64,000 nucleotides of DNA from the NCBI GenBank assembly GCA_963667845.2, contig CAXXVL010000002.1, positions 2,208,001 through 2,272,000 on the forward strand, in the 5' to 3' direction. The notes below the pieces were generated by a model that was not told where the DNA came from, made no database searches, and was given only the letters and a program-made list of their open reading frames with translations. Shown piece by piece: positions 28,156 through 37,449 of this stretch (its first letter is position 1; the number at the start of each line of letters is the position of its first letter). The stretch comes from Smithellaceae bacterium. GTDB taxonomy: Bacteria > Desulfobacterota > Syntrophia > Syntrophales > Smithellaceae. The translations under genes and the position numbers were made by a program.

Positions 28156-30204
28156 TTAACTCCGTTTCTTTATCTGAGGCCGGATGATCCCTAGTTTATG
28201 CATCCGTGCGCGAAGCGTGCTGGCGTTGAGGCCCAGGATCGCCGCGGCCCCGTCCTTTCCTTCGATGCGCCACTTGGTTTCCAAAAGAATTTTCAGCATC
28301 TGGCTGCGTTCCGTTGCTTCCAGGGTCCTGACGGCGGATGACACGGTGGGGGACTGAATCTCCAGTCTATCCGCCAGATGCAGAACGGGGCCTTGGCACA
28401 AGATGACGGCCCGTTCAATGATGCTCTCCAGCTCACGGACATTTCCGGGCCAGGGATAGTCCTGCAGTGTCTGCATCGTCTCCTTCGAAATCGTCGTGAT
28501 CTGTTTGCCCAATTTCCTGGAATACCTCTCGACGAAGGCCTGGACCATCAGCGGGATATCGTCCTGCCGCAGCCGTAGCGGTGGGACGGTGATGGGGAAG
28601 ACGTTGAGCCGGTAGTAAAGGTCCTGACGGAACCGGCCCTCGCGGACTTCCTTTTCGAGGTCCCGATTGGTTGTCGCCACGAGCCGGACATCAACCTTGA
28701 TGGTATAGGATGAGCCCAGGCGCTCGAACTCGTGATGTTGAATCACCCGCAGCAGTTTTATTTGCAGCTCGAGCGGCAGCTCCCCGATCTCGTCGAGGCA
28801 GAGGGTGGAGCCATTGGCGATCTCGAATCGGCCCATCCGCCGGGTATCGGCCCCGGTAAAGGCGCCCTTTTCGCGGCCGAATAATTCACTCTCGATTAAA
28901 TTGGCCGGAAGCGCGGCACAGTTGACCGTGATCAGAGGCTTCTCCCGGCGGGGGCTCAAGTTATGGATGGCGGCGGCGACCAGTTCCTTTCCCGTGCCGG
29001 TTTCACCGAGGATCAGGACCGTTGTGTCCGCCTGCGCCACTTGCTCGGCCCGGTACAGAACATACTTGAGGCCGTCGCTTTCCCCGATAATATTCTCAAA
29101 TTGATGCTGCATTTTGTGCTCTTGGCGGAAGTAAATATTCTCGGCCTCAAGCTGGTCTTTCATGGCTGCAATTTCCGATAGAGCCGTCCGCAGTTCGGCC
29201 GTCCGCTCTTCCACCTGCACTTCGAGGCCGTCATGCGCGACTTTGAGGGCCTCTTCCGCCTCCTTGCGCTTGGTGATGTCCTCCGCATAGATGCGCGCCA
29301 CTTTCAGGTGAGGAGGCACAATGATGCTTTCGATAAACGTCCGACCGTTTATTTCCACCTCACGGACCGCATATCGCCCATCGTATTCCTGTTCCTGTTC
29401 CTGTTCCTGTTCCTGTTCCTGTTCCTGTTCCTGTTCCTGTTCCTGTTCCTTGATTATCTTAGCCAGATCATGCGGGAGAAAGAGATGGATATCATTGTCC
29501 GGGAGATTTAACTTTTTCAACATCCTTGTCGTTGCAGCATTGAAAAAAATGATCCGGCCCTGAAGATCCGTTTCAATGACCGGATGGGGATTGAGTTCGG
29601 GAAATGAAGCAAGATGCTCAATCTTCGCTTCTGCCGTTTTGTGCTCAGTGACATCAATGATCGTCGTATGGATGTTACGGGCTTCGCCGACGCTATTATT
29701 ATCCACAATACTGTGGAGCTGCGCCCAGAAAATCGTGCCGTCTTTTCTCTTCAGACGGATTTCACAGGTCCGGCTGCTCTCTTCGTGCATGACTTCTGTG
29801 CAGTGTCCTGAAAAAATTTCTCTCCCGTTCGCATCGGCAATAAAACCGACAAAGGATTTACGGGTCACCCCCCGCCTCTCGACTTCCAGCAGTTTTGCAC
29901 CGGTCAGATTGACGTCCTGGATCAGTCCCTGCGCATCAATTGTATAATAGCCGACGGGTGCAAAATCATAGAGATCGACATACTTGTTGCGCGATGCCTC
30001 CAGCTCTTCCCGGGCTTGCCTGAGCTCTGCATTTTGCATTTCCAGTTCAATCTGGTGGACTTCCAGTTCATGGACAAGTCTTTTCGCGCCTTTTTCGGAA
30101 TGGGGCGGACGCAAATCCGCCTTATTCTTGCGCAGCCGTTCCTCCGCTTGCCGGCGCAGCGCAGCTTGGGCTGTTGGCTTGCTCTTGTCTTTGATGGTGC
30201 CCAT
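28156..30204 (-). CDS. PAS-domain sigma54 enhancer-binding protein
   Basis: ELEVHQIELEMQNAEL coil, PAS domains, [34 protein letters not shown]. Confidence 0.93.
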   Translation of the reverse strand: MGTIKDKSKPTAQAALRRQAEERLRKNKADLRPPHSEKGAKRLVHELEVHQIELEMQNAELRQAREELEASRNKYVDLYDFAPVGYYTIDAQGLIQDVNLTGAKLLEVERRGVTRKSFVGFIADANGREIFSGHCTEVMHEESSRTCEIRLKRKDGTIFWAQLHSIVDNNSVGEARNIHTTIIDVTEHKTAEAKIEHLASFPELNPHPVIETDLQGRIIFFNAATTRMLKKLNLPDNDIHLFLPHDLAKIIKEQEQEQEQEQEQEQEQEQEQEYDGRYAVREVEINGRTFIESIIVPPHLKVARIYAEDITKRKEAEEALKVAHDGLEVQVEERTAELRTALSEIAAMKDQLEAENIYFRQEHKMQHQFENIIGESDGLKYVLYRAEQVAQADTTVLILGETGTGKELVAAAIHNLSPRREKPLITVNCAALPANLIESELFGREKGAFTGADTRRMGRFEIANGSTLCLDEIGELPLELQIKLLRVIQHHEFERLGSSYTIKVDVRLVATTNRDLEKEVREGRFRQDLYYRLNVFPITVPPLRLRQDDIPLMVQAFVERYSRKLGKQITTISKETMQTLQDYPWPGNVRELESIIERAVILCQGPVLHLADRLEIQSPTVSSAVRTLEATERSQMLKILLETKWRIEGKDGAAAILGLNASTLRARMHKLGIIRPQIKKRS
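29386..29450 (-). repeat. in-frame hexanucleotide microsatellite (GAACAG)10 encoding poly-EQ
   Basis: Ten perfect TTCCTG units plus TTCCT on the + strand. Confidence 0.95.
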
Positions 30205-30222
30205 CTTTGCTCCTTTGTGTCC

Positions 30223-30407
30223 AGGTTCAAGGTTCAGGGTTCAAGGTTCAAGACTGAAGGTTCAAGGTTCAAGGTTAATTTTTGTGGCCTTCGGCGTTTA
30301 ATCTTTCTGGATGCCAACGTTCGTCGGCATGACGATGCCTTTCCTCTGGTCCTTCAGTTTCTCGCCCCCGTAAGGGGGGCATCCTTGATCCTTGAACCTT
30401 TATCCTT
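30223..30407. repeat. facing heptamer arrays (AGGTTCA)n ... (CCTTGAW)n
   Basis: 30223-30276 and 30381-30407 are related heptamers in opposite orientation. Confidence 0.75.
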
Positions 30408-33024
30408 CTTTTTTCAGCTTCTCTATTTCTTCGCGCAGTTCGGCTTCCAGCTTCTTGGCGGCGGTGATGTTCGAAAAGGTGATTACGACGCCGCCGATGA
30501 CGTCTTCCATGGTGCGGTAGGGCATGATGCGCACGGAAAACCAGCGCCCGTCCGCCGTGGCAATCTGTTTTTCCGAAAAAACCAGCGTCCTCAGCACGTC
30601 CCGTGCTTCTTCGGTCATCGTGGGATACGTGAGGTCGCTGACAATGTCGGAGAGGGGCCGCCCCACGTCGCCGGGGAGCAGTTTGAAGAGTTTATCTGCC
30701 CCGGGGGTAAAGCGCCGGATATGGAGGTCGTTGTCCAGAAAGATGGTGACGATTTCCGTGCTGTTGAGCAGATTCCTCATGTCGTTGTTTATCCGGGCGA
30801 GCTCATCCATTTTGGATTGCTGCTCGGCGTTTACCGTTTGCAGCTCCTCGTTCATCGATTGCATCTCTTCCCGGGACGTGGTCAGCTCTTCATTGGTGGA
30901 TTGCAGCTCCTCGTTCGTGGACTGGAGCTCCTCGTTGGCGGACTTGAGCTCTTCCTGCGAGGATTGCATTTCCTCGCGGGTGGTCTGAAGTTCTTCGCGC
31001 AAATGCTTCAGTTCCCGCTCCAGCTCCGAAACCCGGGGATGGCCCGCAGGCGCGGCCTTGGCGCCGGCCTTGACTTTCTTTTTGTCTGGTGCTGCCACAT
31101 CGGCAAAGACAATCATGACCATTCCCCTGAGCGCTTCCGGTTCTTCGATGGCCGTGACGGTAATGTCGACGGCGTGAGCGCCGCTCGATTCATCAGCGGT
31201 GAGACTCTGGACGGTGACCGGCCCTTTTTGCTTGAGGGCCTTCTGAAAGGCCCGTCCGAGTTCAAAGCGCAGCCCTTCGCGCGCCATGGCGAAAATATTC
31301 CAGTTGGCCTTGCCGGCGGCCGGCTCCAGATATTTGCCCGTCCGCCCGCTGATGTAGAGAATGTCCCCCTTGTTATTGACCAGCACGGCGGGGGGAGAAA
31401 AGCGCTGCAGAAGCAGCTGGTCCGCGAGTGACTGAAGATTAGCAGCAGGTTTCATATTCAACTCCTTGGGAACTCCCGGCAGGGTGTGGACAAAAAAGGC
31501 CGGAAACACAGCGGGTTCGGCCATAACGACTGAATCGAGCCGAAGGAATTGACGCGACTTGATGTCGAGCGGCGCAAAGAGATCGGTGAACGCGCTGATG
31601 GTCTCCGAATTGCCCAGAAACAAAATGCCGTCCGGATTCAGGCTGTAGTGAAAGAGCGGAAAAAGTTTTTTCTGCAGTTCCGGCGTCAGATAGATTAAAA
31701 GGTTGCGGCAGATGAGAATATCGAGCCTGGTAAAGGGCGGGTCCATGATAACGTTTTGCGTGGCGAAAGTCACCATCTCGCGGATCTCCTTGACGACCCG
31801 GTAGCCGCCGTCTTCCTGGATAAAGAACCGTTTCAGGCGCGCGGGCGAGACGTCCGCGGCGATGCCCGCCGGATAGAACCCCTGGCGGGCCTTATCGATG
31901 GTTTCCCGGTCCAGGTCGGTGGCAAAGATGTGCAGCTTGAAATCCTGCACTGGCTTGGCCTCTCCTGCGGCCTCCTTGAAGACCATGGCCAGCGAATAGG
32001 CCTCCTCTCCCGACGAGCAGCCGGCCGACCAGGCCCTAAGCGGTTTGTCCGCCGGGCGTTTAGCAAGGAGCGCCGGAATGGCTTTCTGACGCAGGTATTC
32101 CCAGGCCGCCTCGTCGCGGAAAAAGCTCGTGACGCCGATCAGAAGTTCCTTGAAGAGGAGTTCCACCTCCTGGGAATTCTCCTGCAGATAGCGGACGTAT
32201 GCCGCGATGCGGTTGATCTGGTGAATGCCCATGCGCCGCTCGATCCGGCGGTAAATGGTGTTTTTCTTGTACATCGAAAAGTCATGGCCGGTCTTGCTCC
32301 TAAGCAGGATGAGGACTTTGTCCAGGGCGCTCTGGTCTTTCTCCTCCAGGGGCAAATCCGTTTTGGCGATGACGAGGGCATGCCTTAAGTAGTCGATAAT
32401 TTTTCCGGGCAAATCCTCCGCCGGGGCGACGATGTCGGCAAGCCCCGCCGTGACGGCGCTGCGGGGCATGCTGTCGAACTTGGCCGAGGCCGGGTCCTGC
32501 GTAAGCGCTATCCCCGCCTTTTCCTTGATGGCCCGAAGCCCCATGGTGCCGTCTGAGCCCATGCCGGAGAGGATGACGCCGATGCTGTGCTCCTGCTGGT
32601 CCTCAGCCAGGGATCTCAGAAAGAAATCGATCGGCAGGCGCAAGCCGCGGGGCGTCGTCGGATCGAACAGGTGCAGCACGCCGTGCAGAATGGACATGTC
32701 CTTGTTGGGGGGGATCACATAAACTGAGTTCGGTTTGATCCGCATCCGGTCCCGGACCTGGAATACTTCCATGGAAGTGGCGCGCCCGAGAAGTTCGTGC
32801 ATGATCCCTTTGTGCGTCGGGTCCAGATGCTGGACGATGACGAAGGCCATACCGCTGCCTTCGGGCACATGCCGCAGGAACTGTTCGAGGGCCTCCAGAC
32901 CCCCGGCGGAGGCGCCGATGCCGACAATCGGGAAAGCGGCGTTTTTACGCCGCGCCGTGGTGTCTGCCGGAACGGTTTTATCCCGCTGGACACCGGTATG
33001 TACCGCATTTGTTTGTTTTTTCAT
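30400..33024 (-). CDS. CheB methylesterase-CheR methyltransferase fusion with coiled coil and PAS domain
   Basis: GASAGG/QHL/GMGSDG triad; IGVTSFFRD, WSAGCSSGEEAYS, CRNLLIY; EELQSTNEELQSTNEEL heptads; no receiver domain. Confidence 0.94.
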   Translation of the reverse strand: MKKQTNAVHTGVQRDKTVPADTTARRKNAAFPIVGIGASAGGLEALEQFLRHVPEGSGMAFVIVQHLDPTHKGIMHELLGRATSMEVFQVRDRMRIKPNSVYVIPPNKDMSILHGVLHLFDPTTPRGLRLPIDFFLRSLAEDQQEHSIGVILSGMGSDGTMGLRAIKEKAGIALTQDPASAKFDSMPRSAVTAGLADIVAPAEDLPGKIIDYLRHALVIAKTDLPLEEKDQSALDKVLILLRSKTGHDFSMYKKNTIYRRIERRMGIHQINRIAAYVRYLQENSQEVELLFKELLIGVTSFFRDEAAWEYLRQKAIPALLAKRPADKPLRAWSAGCSSGEEAYSLAMVFKEAAGEAKPVQDFKLHIFATDLDRETIDKARQGFYPAGIAADVSPARLKRFFIQEDGGYRVVKEIREMVTFATQNVIMDPPFTRLDILICRNLLIYLTPELQKKLFPLFHYSLNPDGILFLGNSETISAFTDLFAPLDIKSRQFLRLDSVVMAEPAVFPAFFVHTLPGVPKELNMKPAANLQSLADQLLLQRFSPPAVLVNNKGDILYISGRTGKYLEPAAGKANWNIFAMAREGLRFELGRAFQKALKQKGPVTVQSLTADESSGAHAVDITVTAIEEPEALRGMVMIVFADVAAPDKKKVKAGAKAAPAGHPRVSELERELKHLREELQTTREEMQSSQEELKSANEELQSTNEELQSTNEELTTSREEMQSMNEELQTVNAEQQSKMDELARINNDMRNLLNSTEIVTIFLDNDLHIRRFTPGADKLFKLLPGDVGRPLSDIVSDLTYPTMTEEARDVLRTLVFSEKQIATADGRWFSVRIMPYRTMEDVIGGVVITFSNITAAKKLEAELREEIEKLKKEG

Positions 33025-33063
33025 GGGGATAGATATATCAGAATTTTCTCGAATATGCCAATC

Positions 33064-34692
33064 TCATTCTTGCGCCTCCGGCCTGGCTATTCCGATCTTA
33101 TGCATCCGGGCTCGCAATGTGCTGGCATGGAGCCCCAGGATGGCGGCGGCCCCATCGCGTCCTTCGATGCGCCATCCGGTTTCGTCAAGGATCTTCATGA
33201 TCTGGTTTCGCTCCGTCTCTTCCAGAGTTCTGACGACGGATGACAGGATGGGAGATGAAATGTTGAGTTTATCGACCAGCTGCAAAACCGGTCCGCGGCT
33301 CAGGATCACGGCCCGTTCAATGATGCTCTCCAGTTCCCGGACGTTTCCCGGCCAGGGATAATCCTGCAGCGTCTTCATCGTCTCCTTCGGGATTGATGTG
33401 ATCTGTTTGCCCAATTTTCTGGAAAACCGCTCGATGAACGATTGAACCATGAGCGGGATGTCGTCTTTCCGCTGCCTCAGCGGTGGAACCGTGATGGGGA
33501 AGACATTCAGCCGGTAGAAAAGGTCCTGCCGGAACCGCCCCTGGCGGATCTCTTCATCAAGGTCCCGGTTGGTCGTCGCCACGATCCGCACGTCAATCTT
33601 GATGGTCTGGGACGAACCCAGGCGTTCGAACTCATGATGCTGGATGACCCTCAGAAGCTTGGCCTGCAATTCCAGGGGCAGCTCTCCGATTTCGTCTAAG
33701 CAAAGAGTGGAACCATTGGCGACTTCAAACCGGCCGATCCGGCGGCTGTCGGCCCCGGTAAAGGCGCCTTTCTCGCGGCCGAATAATTCACTCTCAATCA
33801 AATTTGCCGGAAGCGCCGCACAGTTAACCGTGATCAACGGCCGCTCCTTGCGGGGGCTCAGGTTATGGATGGCGGCGGCGATCAGCTCTTTTCCCGTTCC
33901 GGTTTCCCCGAGGATGAGAATCGTTGCATTGGTCGGAGCCACTTGCTCGGCCCGGTAAAGAACATACTTGAGCCCGTCGCTCTGTCCGATGATATTTTCA
34001 TGTTGATGCTTCATTTTACTCTCGTGACGGAAGTAAATATTCTCGATCTCGAGCTGTTCTTTCATCGCCTGAATTTCCGCAAGCGCCGTCCGCAGTTCGA
34101 CCGTCCGCTCCGCGACCTCAGTCTCCAGCTTGTCATGCGCTTTCTGCAGCGCCTCTTCCTCTATCCGCAATGCCTCATTGCGCTTTTGCTCGGTCAGGTC
34201 GGTAACCACCATGCAGACCGCTTCGGGCATACCGGTATGGATGAGCGCACTTATGGACAGCAGGACCGGTGTGGATTTTTTACCTCCGGTTTTTAAAGTC
34301 AGTTCCAGTTTGCTGTTTTCCTTTAATCCCTGCTCAAACAAACCCTTAAGAAGTAAGAGGTCTGCCGGTGAAAAATACGAGTAGAGCGATGAACCTATTA
34401 TTTTTTCCATAGAGACTTGAGCGATATCCGCAAAACGCTGGTTACAGAAGAGAATCGTGCCGTCCGCGGCCAGCGTGAGGGCTCCTTCGTTCATCGCTTC
34501 GACCATGATCCTGTAAGGATGATCGGCGCCCGATAAGGTAAAGACGCGGTCACCTTCGGCCGTATTGACAACCAGGCCATCCACTTCGCCGCTCAGAATC
34601 GCGCGCAGCGTTTCCTCGGATTCCGTCATCCGTTCGCCGAGTTCCTGCAAATCATCCAAAAGTTGCTGGCGGGTTTTGTGTGAATTGTTCAT
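33064..34692 (-). CDS. PAS-domain sigma54 enhancer-binding protein
   Basis: [12 protein letters not shown]...[12 protein letters not shown]-domain, [37 protein letters not shown]. Confidence 0.93.
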   Translation of the reverse strand: MNNSHKTRQQLLDDLQELGERMTESEETLRAILSGEVDGLVVNTAEGDRVFTLSGADHPYRIMVEAMNEGALTLAADGTILFCNQRFADIAQVSMEKIIGSSLYSYFSPADLLLLKGLFEQGLKENSKLELTLKTGGKKSTPVLLSISALIHTGMPEAVCMVVTDLTEQKRNEALRIEEEALQKAHDKLETEVAERTVELRTALAEIQAMKEQLEIENIYFRHESKMKHQHENIIGQSDGLKYVLYRAEQVAPTNATILILGETGTGKELIAAAIHNLSPRKERPLITVNCAALPANLIESELFGREKGAFTGADSRRIGRFEVANGSTLCLDEIGELPLELQAKLLRVIQHHEFERLGSSQTIKIDVRIVATTNRDLDEEIRQGRFRQDLFYRLNVFPITVPPLRQRKDDIPLMVQSFIERFSRKLGKQITSIPKETMKTLQDYPWPGNVRELESIIERAVILSRGPVLQLVDKLNISSPILSSVVRTLEETERNQIMKILDETGWRIEGRDGAAAILGLHASTLRARMHKIGIARPEAQE

Positions 34693-34707
34693 GGGCTTGG
34701 TCTCAAA

Positions 34708-34835
34708 AATATAGAATACAGAATATAGAATCCAGAAAAAAACTTTGGAATCCTGACTTCTGGCTTCCGACTTCTGTCTACTGGCTAGTGGCCACTGGCT
34801 TCTACCTTCTACCTTCTATCTACTATCCACTATCT
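34708..34835. repeat. facing heptamer arrays (AATAYAG)n ... (CTGRCTT/CTACCTT/CTATCYA)n
   Basis: Read directly; runs into the last codons of the kinase gene. Confidence 0.75.
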
Positions 34836-36549
34836 TCTTCCGCCCTGCCGGAAGCGTAAAATAAAATGAGGCCCCCTCGTTTGGCATACTCTCCGCCCAC
34901 ACACGTCCGCCGTGCCGATGGATAATGCGCTGGACGATGGCCAGGCCAACGCCCGTTCCTTCAAACTCCTCGGCGGTATGCAGACGCTGGAAGACACCGA
35001 AGAGCTTGTCGGCGTATTGCATATCGAAACCCACGCCGTTATCCTTGACGCAGAAGACAACCTCGTTGTTATCACGATGACAGGTCACTTCGATTACGGC
35101 CGGTGTACGGTGTCTGGAAAATTTGACCGCATTCGAAAGAAGATTAGTGAGCACATGACCGAGGAGAGAGGAATCCCCTAAAACAGATGGCAGGCCATTG
35201 ATTTTAAATACCGGTTGCCGATCGATGTTGTCGTTCTTTATTTCAGGCAAAACCGTTTCAATGAGGTTTTGCATGTCGACTTCTGTCGAGCTTAATGCCC
35301 TGCGGCCCAACCGGGAGAAGGCCAACAGGTCATCGATGAGCTGTTCCATTTTCCGGGTATTTGTTCTGATGACGTTTAACTTTTCCAAGGCATCTTTTTC
35401 AAGCTTGCCGGCGTATTTCCGCTCCAGCATACGGGAAAACCCGTCGATTGCGCGCAGGGGAGTCCGAAGGTCATGAGAAACGCTGTAGCTGAAACTTTCC
35501 AGTTCTTTGTTGGCGGCCGCCAGCTCGGCGGCTTTTCCTTTCAGCGATTCCTCAGCACGCGCATGCTCCGTCACATCGATGAATGCGGCAATAGCTCCGG
35601 ACAGTTCACCGTGGTCATCGCGCATCGGGATGACATTGCCAAGCAGGGAGCGCGTTGTGCCGTCGTCGAAGAGGAAATCTACGGAACAATTCCAAAGCGG
35701 CTCTCCGGACAAAGCCACGATTTGAATCGGCATATCTTCAGGCCGCAGTTCCGACCCGTCTTTGAAGACGCGATAGTGTGTAAGATGCTCCTTGTGAGAA
35801 CCCGTTTTGGAAAGATTGGTCAGCTCCTCAACACGCGAAAATTGATAGGCTGCATGGTTACCTGTAATCTCCCGGCAGTGCCGGTCATGTGCTATCCAGA
35901 TGATGGCCGGCGTTGCGTCCAGAGTCGTCTGCAACCGCATCGCCTGCATCTGCGTGAGTACCTTGCTTGCCCGGAGATCCTTGGTTCTTTCTTCTACCCG
36001 AAGTTCCATTTGAGAATGGGACTCCTGCAGCGCCTGCTGCGCCTCCCGCAGTTCGGAGACGTCGGTTGCCAGCAGGCATATCGAGCCTACCGCTCCGTCG
36101 TGAAGGATGCTTTTAGAAAGAAGAACGGATGGGCATGTCTCGTCGGCAGACAAAAGAGAAATCTCAATTCTGTCTTTTTTTGACGCCTGCCGGATAAACT
36201 TCTTAAAAAACGTCAGCTGGGCCGGTTTGATGAACCGGTAGATGGAATTTCCCGTTATCTTGTCCAGCGGGGTTGCGACCATTTCGGCAAAGCGCTGATT
36301 ACAGAAGAGGATCGTGCCGTCTGCGGACAGCGTGACGGCACCTTCATTCATGGTTTCGACCATGATCCGGTAAGGATGATCGGCGCCCGATAAGGTGAAG
36401 ACGCGGTCGCCTTCCGGTGTTTTGACAACCAGACCATCCACTTCGCCGCCGAGGATTGCGTGCAACGTATCCTCAGCTTGAGTCGTCCGCTCCCTGAGTT
36501 GCTGCAAATCATCCAAAAGTTGCTGGCGGGTTTTACGCAAGTTGTTCAT
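34816..36549 (-). CDS. PAS histidine kinase
   Basis: Start MNNLRK matches the paralogous start of 33064-34692; H-box ESFSYSVSHDLRTPL; NLLSNAVKF, DNGVGF, GTGVGLAIV. Confidence 0.92.
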   Translation of the reverse strand: MNNLRKTRQQLLDDLQQLRERTTQAEDTLHAILGGEVDGLVVKTPEGDRVFTLSGADHPYRIMVETMNEGAVTLSADGTILFCNQRFAEMVATPLDKITGNSIYRFIKPAQLTFFKKFIRQASKKDRIEISLLSADETCPSVLLSKSILHDGAVGSICLLATDVSELREAQQALQESHSQMELRVEERTKDLRASKVLTQMQAMRLQTTLDATPAIIWIAHDRHCREITGNHAAYQFSRVEELTNLSKTGSHKEHLTHYRVFKDGSELRPEDMPIQIVALSGEPLWNCSVDFLFDDGTTRSLLGNVIPMRDDHGELSGAIAAFIDVTEHARAEESLKGKAAELAAANKELESFSYSVSHDLRTPLRAIDGFSRMLERKYAGKLEKDALEKLNVIRTNTRKMEQLIDDLLAFSRLGRRALSSTEVDMQNLIETVLPEIKNDNIDRQPVFKINGLPSVLGDSSLLGHVLTNLLSNAVKFSRHRTPAVIEVTCHRDNNEVVFCVKDNGVGFDMQYADKLFGVFQRLHTAEEFEGTGVGLAIVQRIIHRHGGRVWAESMPNEGASFYFTLPAGRKKIVDSR

Positions 36550-36567
36550 AGGTTTGCTCTCATTCAA

Positions 36568-36690
36568 GTAGAAGATAGAATCCAGACGATGAAGATTATT
36601 TGTTCTGCGTTCTGACTTCTGTCTCTTGATTTCTATCCACCATCCACTATCCACTATCCACTATTCACTATCTTCTATCTTCTGTCTTTG
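36568..36690. repeat. heptamer arrays including (CCACTAT)n
   Basis: Read directly; overlaps the kaiB stop region. Confidence 0.75.
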
Positions 36691-37021
36691 GCCTCAAATC
36701 AATCCCGACAAGAAACTTTTCCGTGTCCGACATATCGCCGATGAGCTTGCGGAACGGCAGGGGGAGTTGTTTGATGAGTGTCGGGGTGGCGATGATCTGC
36801 TCTCCGGCGGCAAGCGTCGGCTGCTGGTAGATGTCGATCACTTTGAGTTCATAAATGCCCTCCAGGTATTTTTCACATAGTTCCCGGACATTAGTGATGG
36901 CCCGGGTTGACTTTGGCGTCATCCCTGTAACGTACAGCCTCAGAACGTACTTTGCATTGTCGTGACTGGCTGCCGCTTTTTCGAATTCTTCAGTACTTGT
37001 TTTCACTTTTTTGCGATCCAT
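36668..37021 (-). CDS. kaiB: KaiB-family protein
   Basis: YVLRLYVTGMTPKS...LKVIDIYQQPTLA..EQIIATPTLIKQLPLP.RKLIGDMS. Confidence 0.93.
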   Translation of the reverse strand: MDRKKVKTSTEEFEKAAASHDNAKYVLRLYVTGMTPKSTRAITNVRELCEKYLEGIYELKVIDIYQQPTLAAGEQIIATPTLIKQLPLPFRKLIGDMSDTEKFLVGIDLRPKTEDRR

Positions 37022-37036
37022 GCCAACTCCTTAATG

Positions 37037-37120
37037 CAGAATCCAGAATTCAGAATTCAGAATCCAGAATTCGGTCTTCTATGTTCTATGTTCTATGTTC
37101 TACCTTGCACCTTGAACCTT
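37037..37120. repeat. facing heptamer arrays (CAGAATY)n ... (TTCTATG)n between the two kaiB genes
   Basis: Read directly from the sequence. Confidence 0.85.
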
Positions 37121-37121
37121 T

Positions 37122-37448
37122 TCAAACCTCCCGTATATCCAGCCCTACCAGCACACGCTCCGTGTTCGCCAGATCGCCGATAATTTTTTTTATCGGTTCG
37201 GGCAGCTTGCGGACCAGTGTCGGGATGGCAATAATCTGATCCCCTTTGGCCAGCTGGGGATTCTTTAAAAGATCGATCACTTCAATGCGGTATTGATCCG
37301 CGAGGTGTTCTTCACAGATTTTCTTTAAATTCGTAAAGGCCGTCAATGATTTCGGGGTCTGACCCGCCACATACAATCTCAGATTCCAGATTTCTTTTCC
37401 CGCAGCTAACTTTGCTTTTTTGCCTTTTGCCGTTGCAGCAGCTTTCAT
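37122..37448 (-). CDS. kaiB: KaiB-family protein
   Basis: [12 protein letters not shown]...[39 protein letters not shown]. Confidence 0.95.
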   Translation of the reverse strand: MKAAATAKGKKAKLAAGKEIWNLRLYVAGQTPKSLTAFTNLKKICEEHLADQYRIEVIDLLKNPQLAKGDQIIAIPTLVRKLPEPIKKIIGDLANTERVLVGLDIREV

Positions 37449-37449
37449 C

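Noticed and set aside
30016..31431. 471-aa plus-strand ORF
   Set aside because: Antisense to the CheBR and activator genes; no domain signal.
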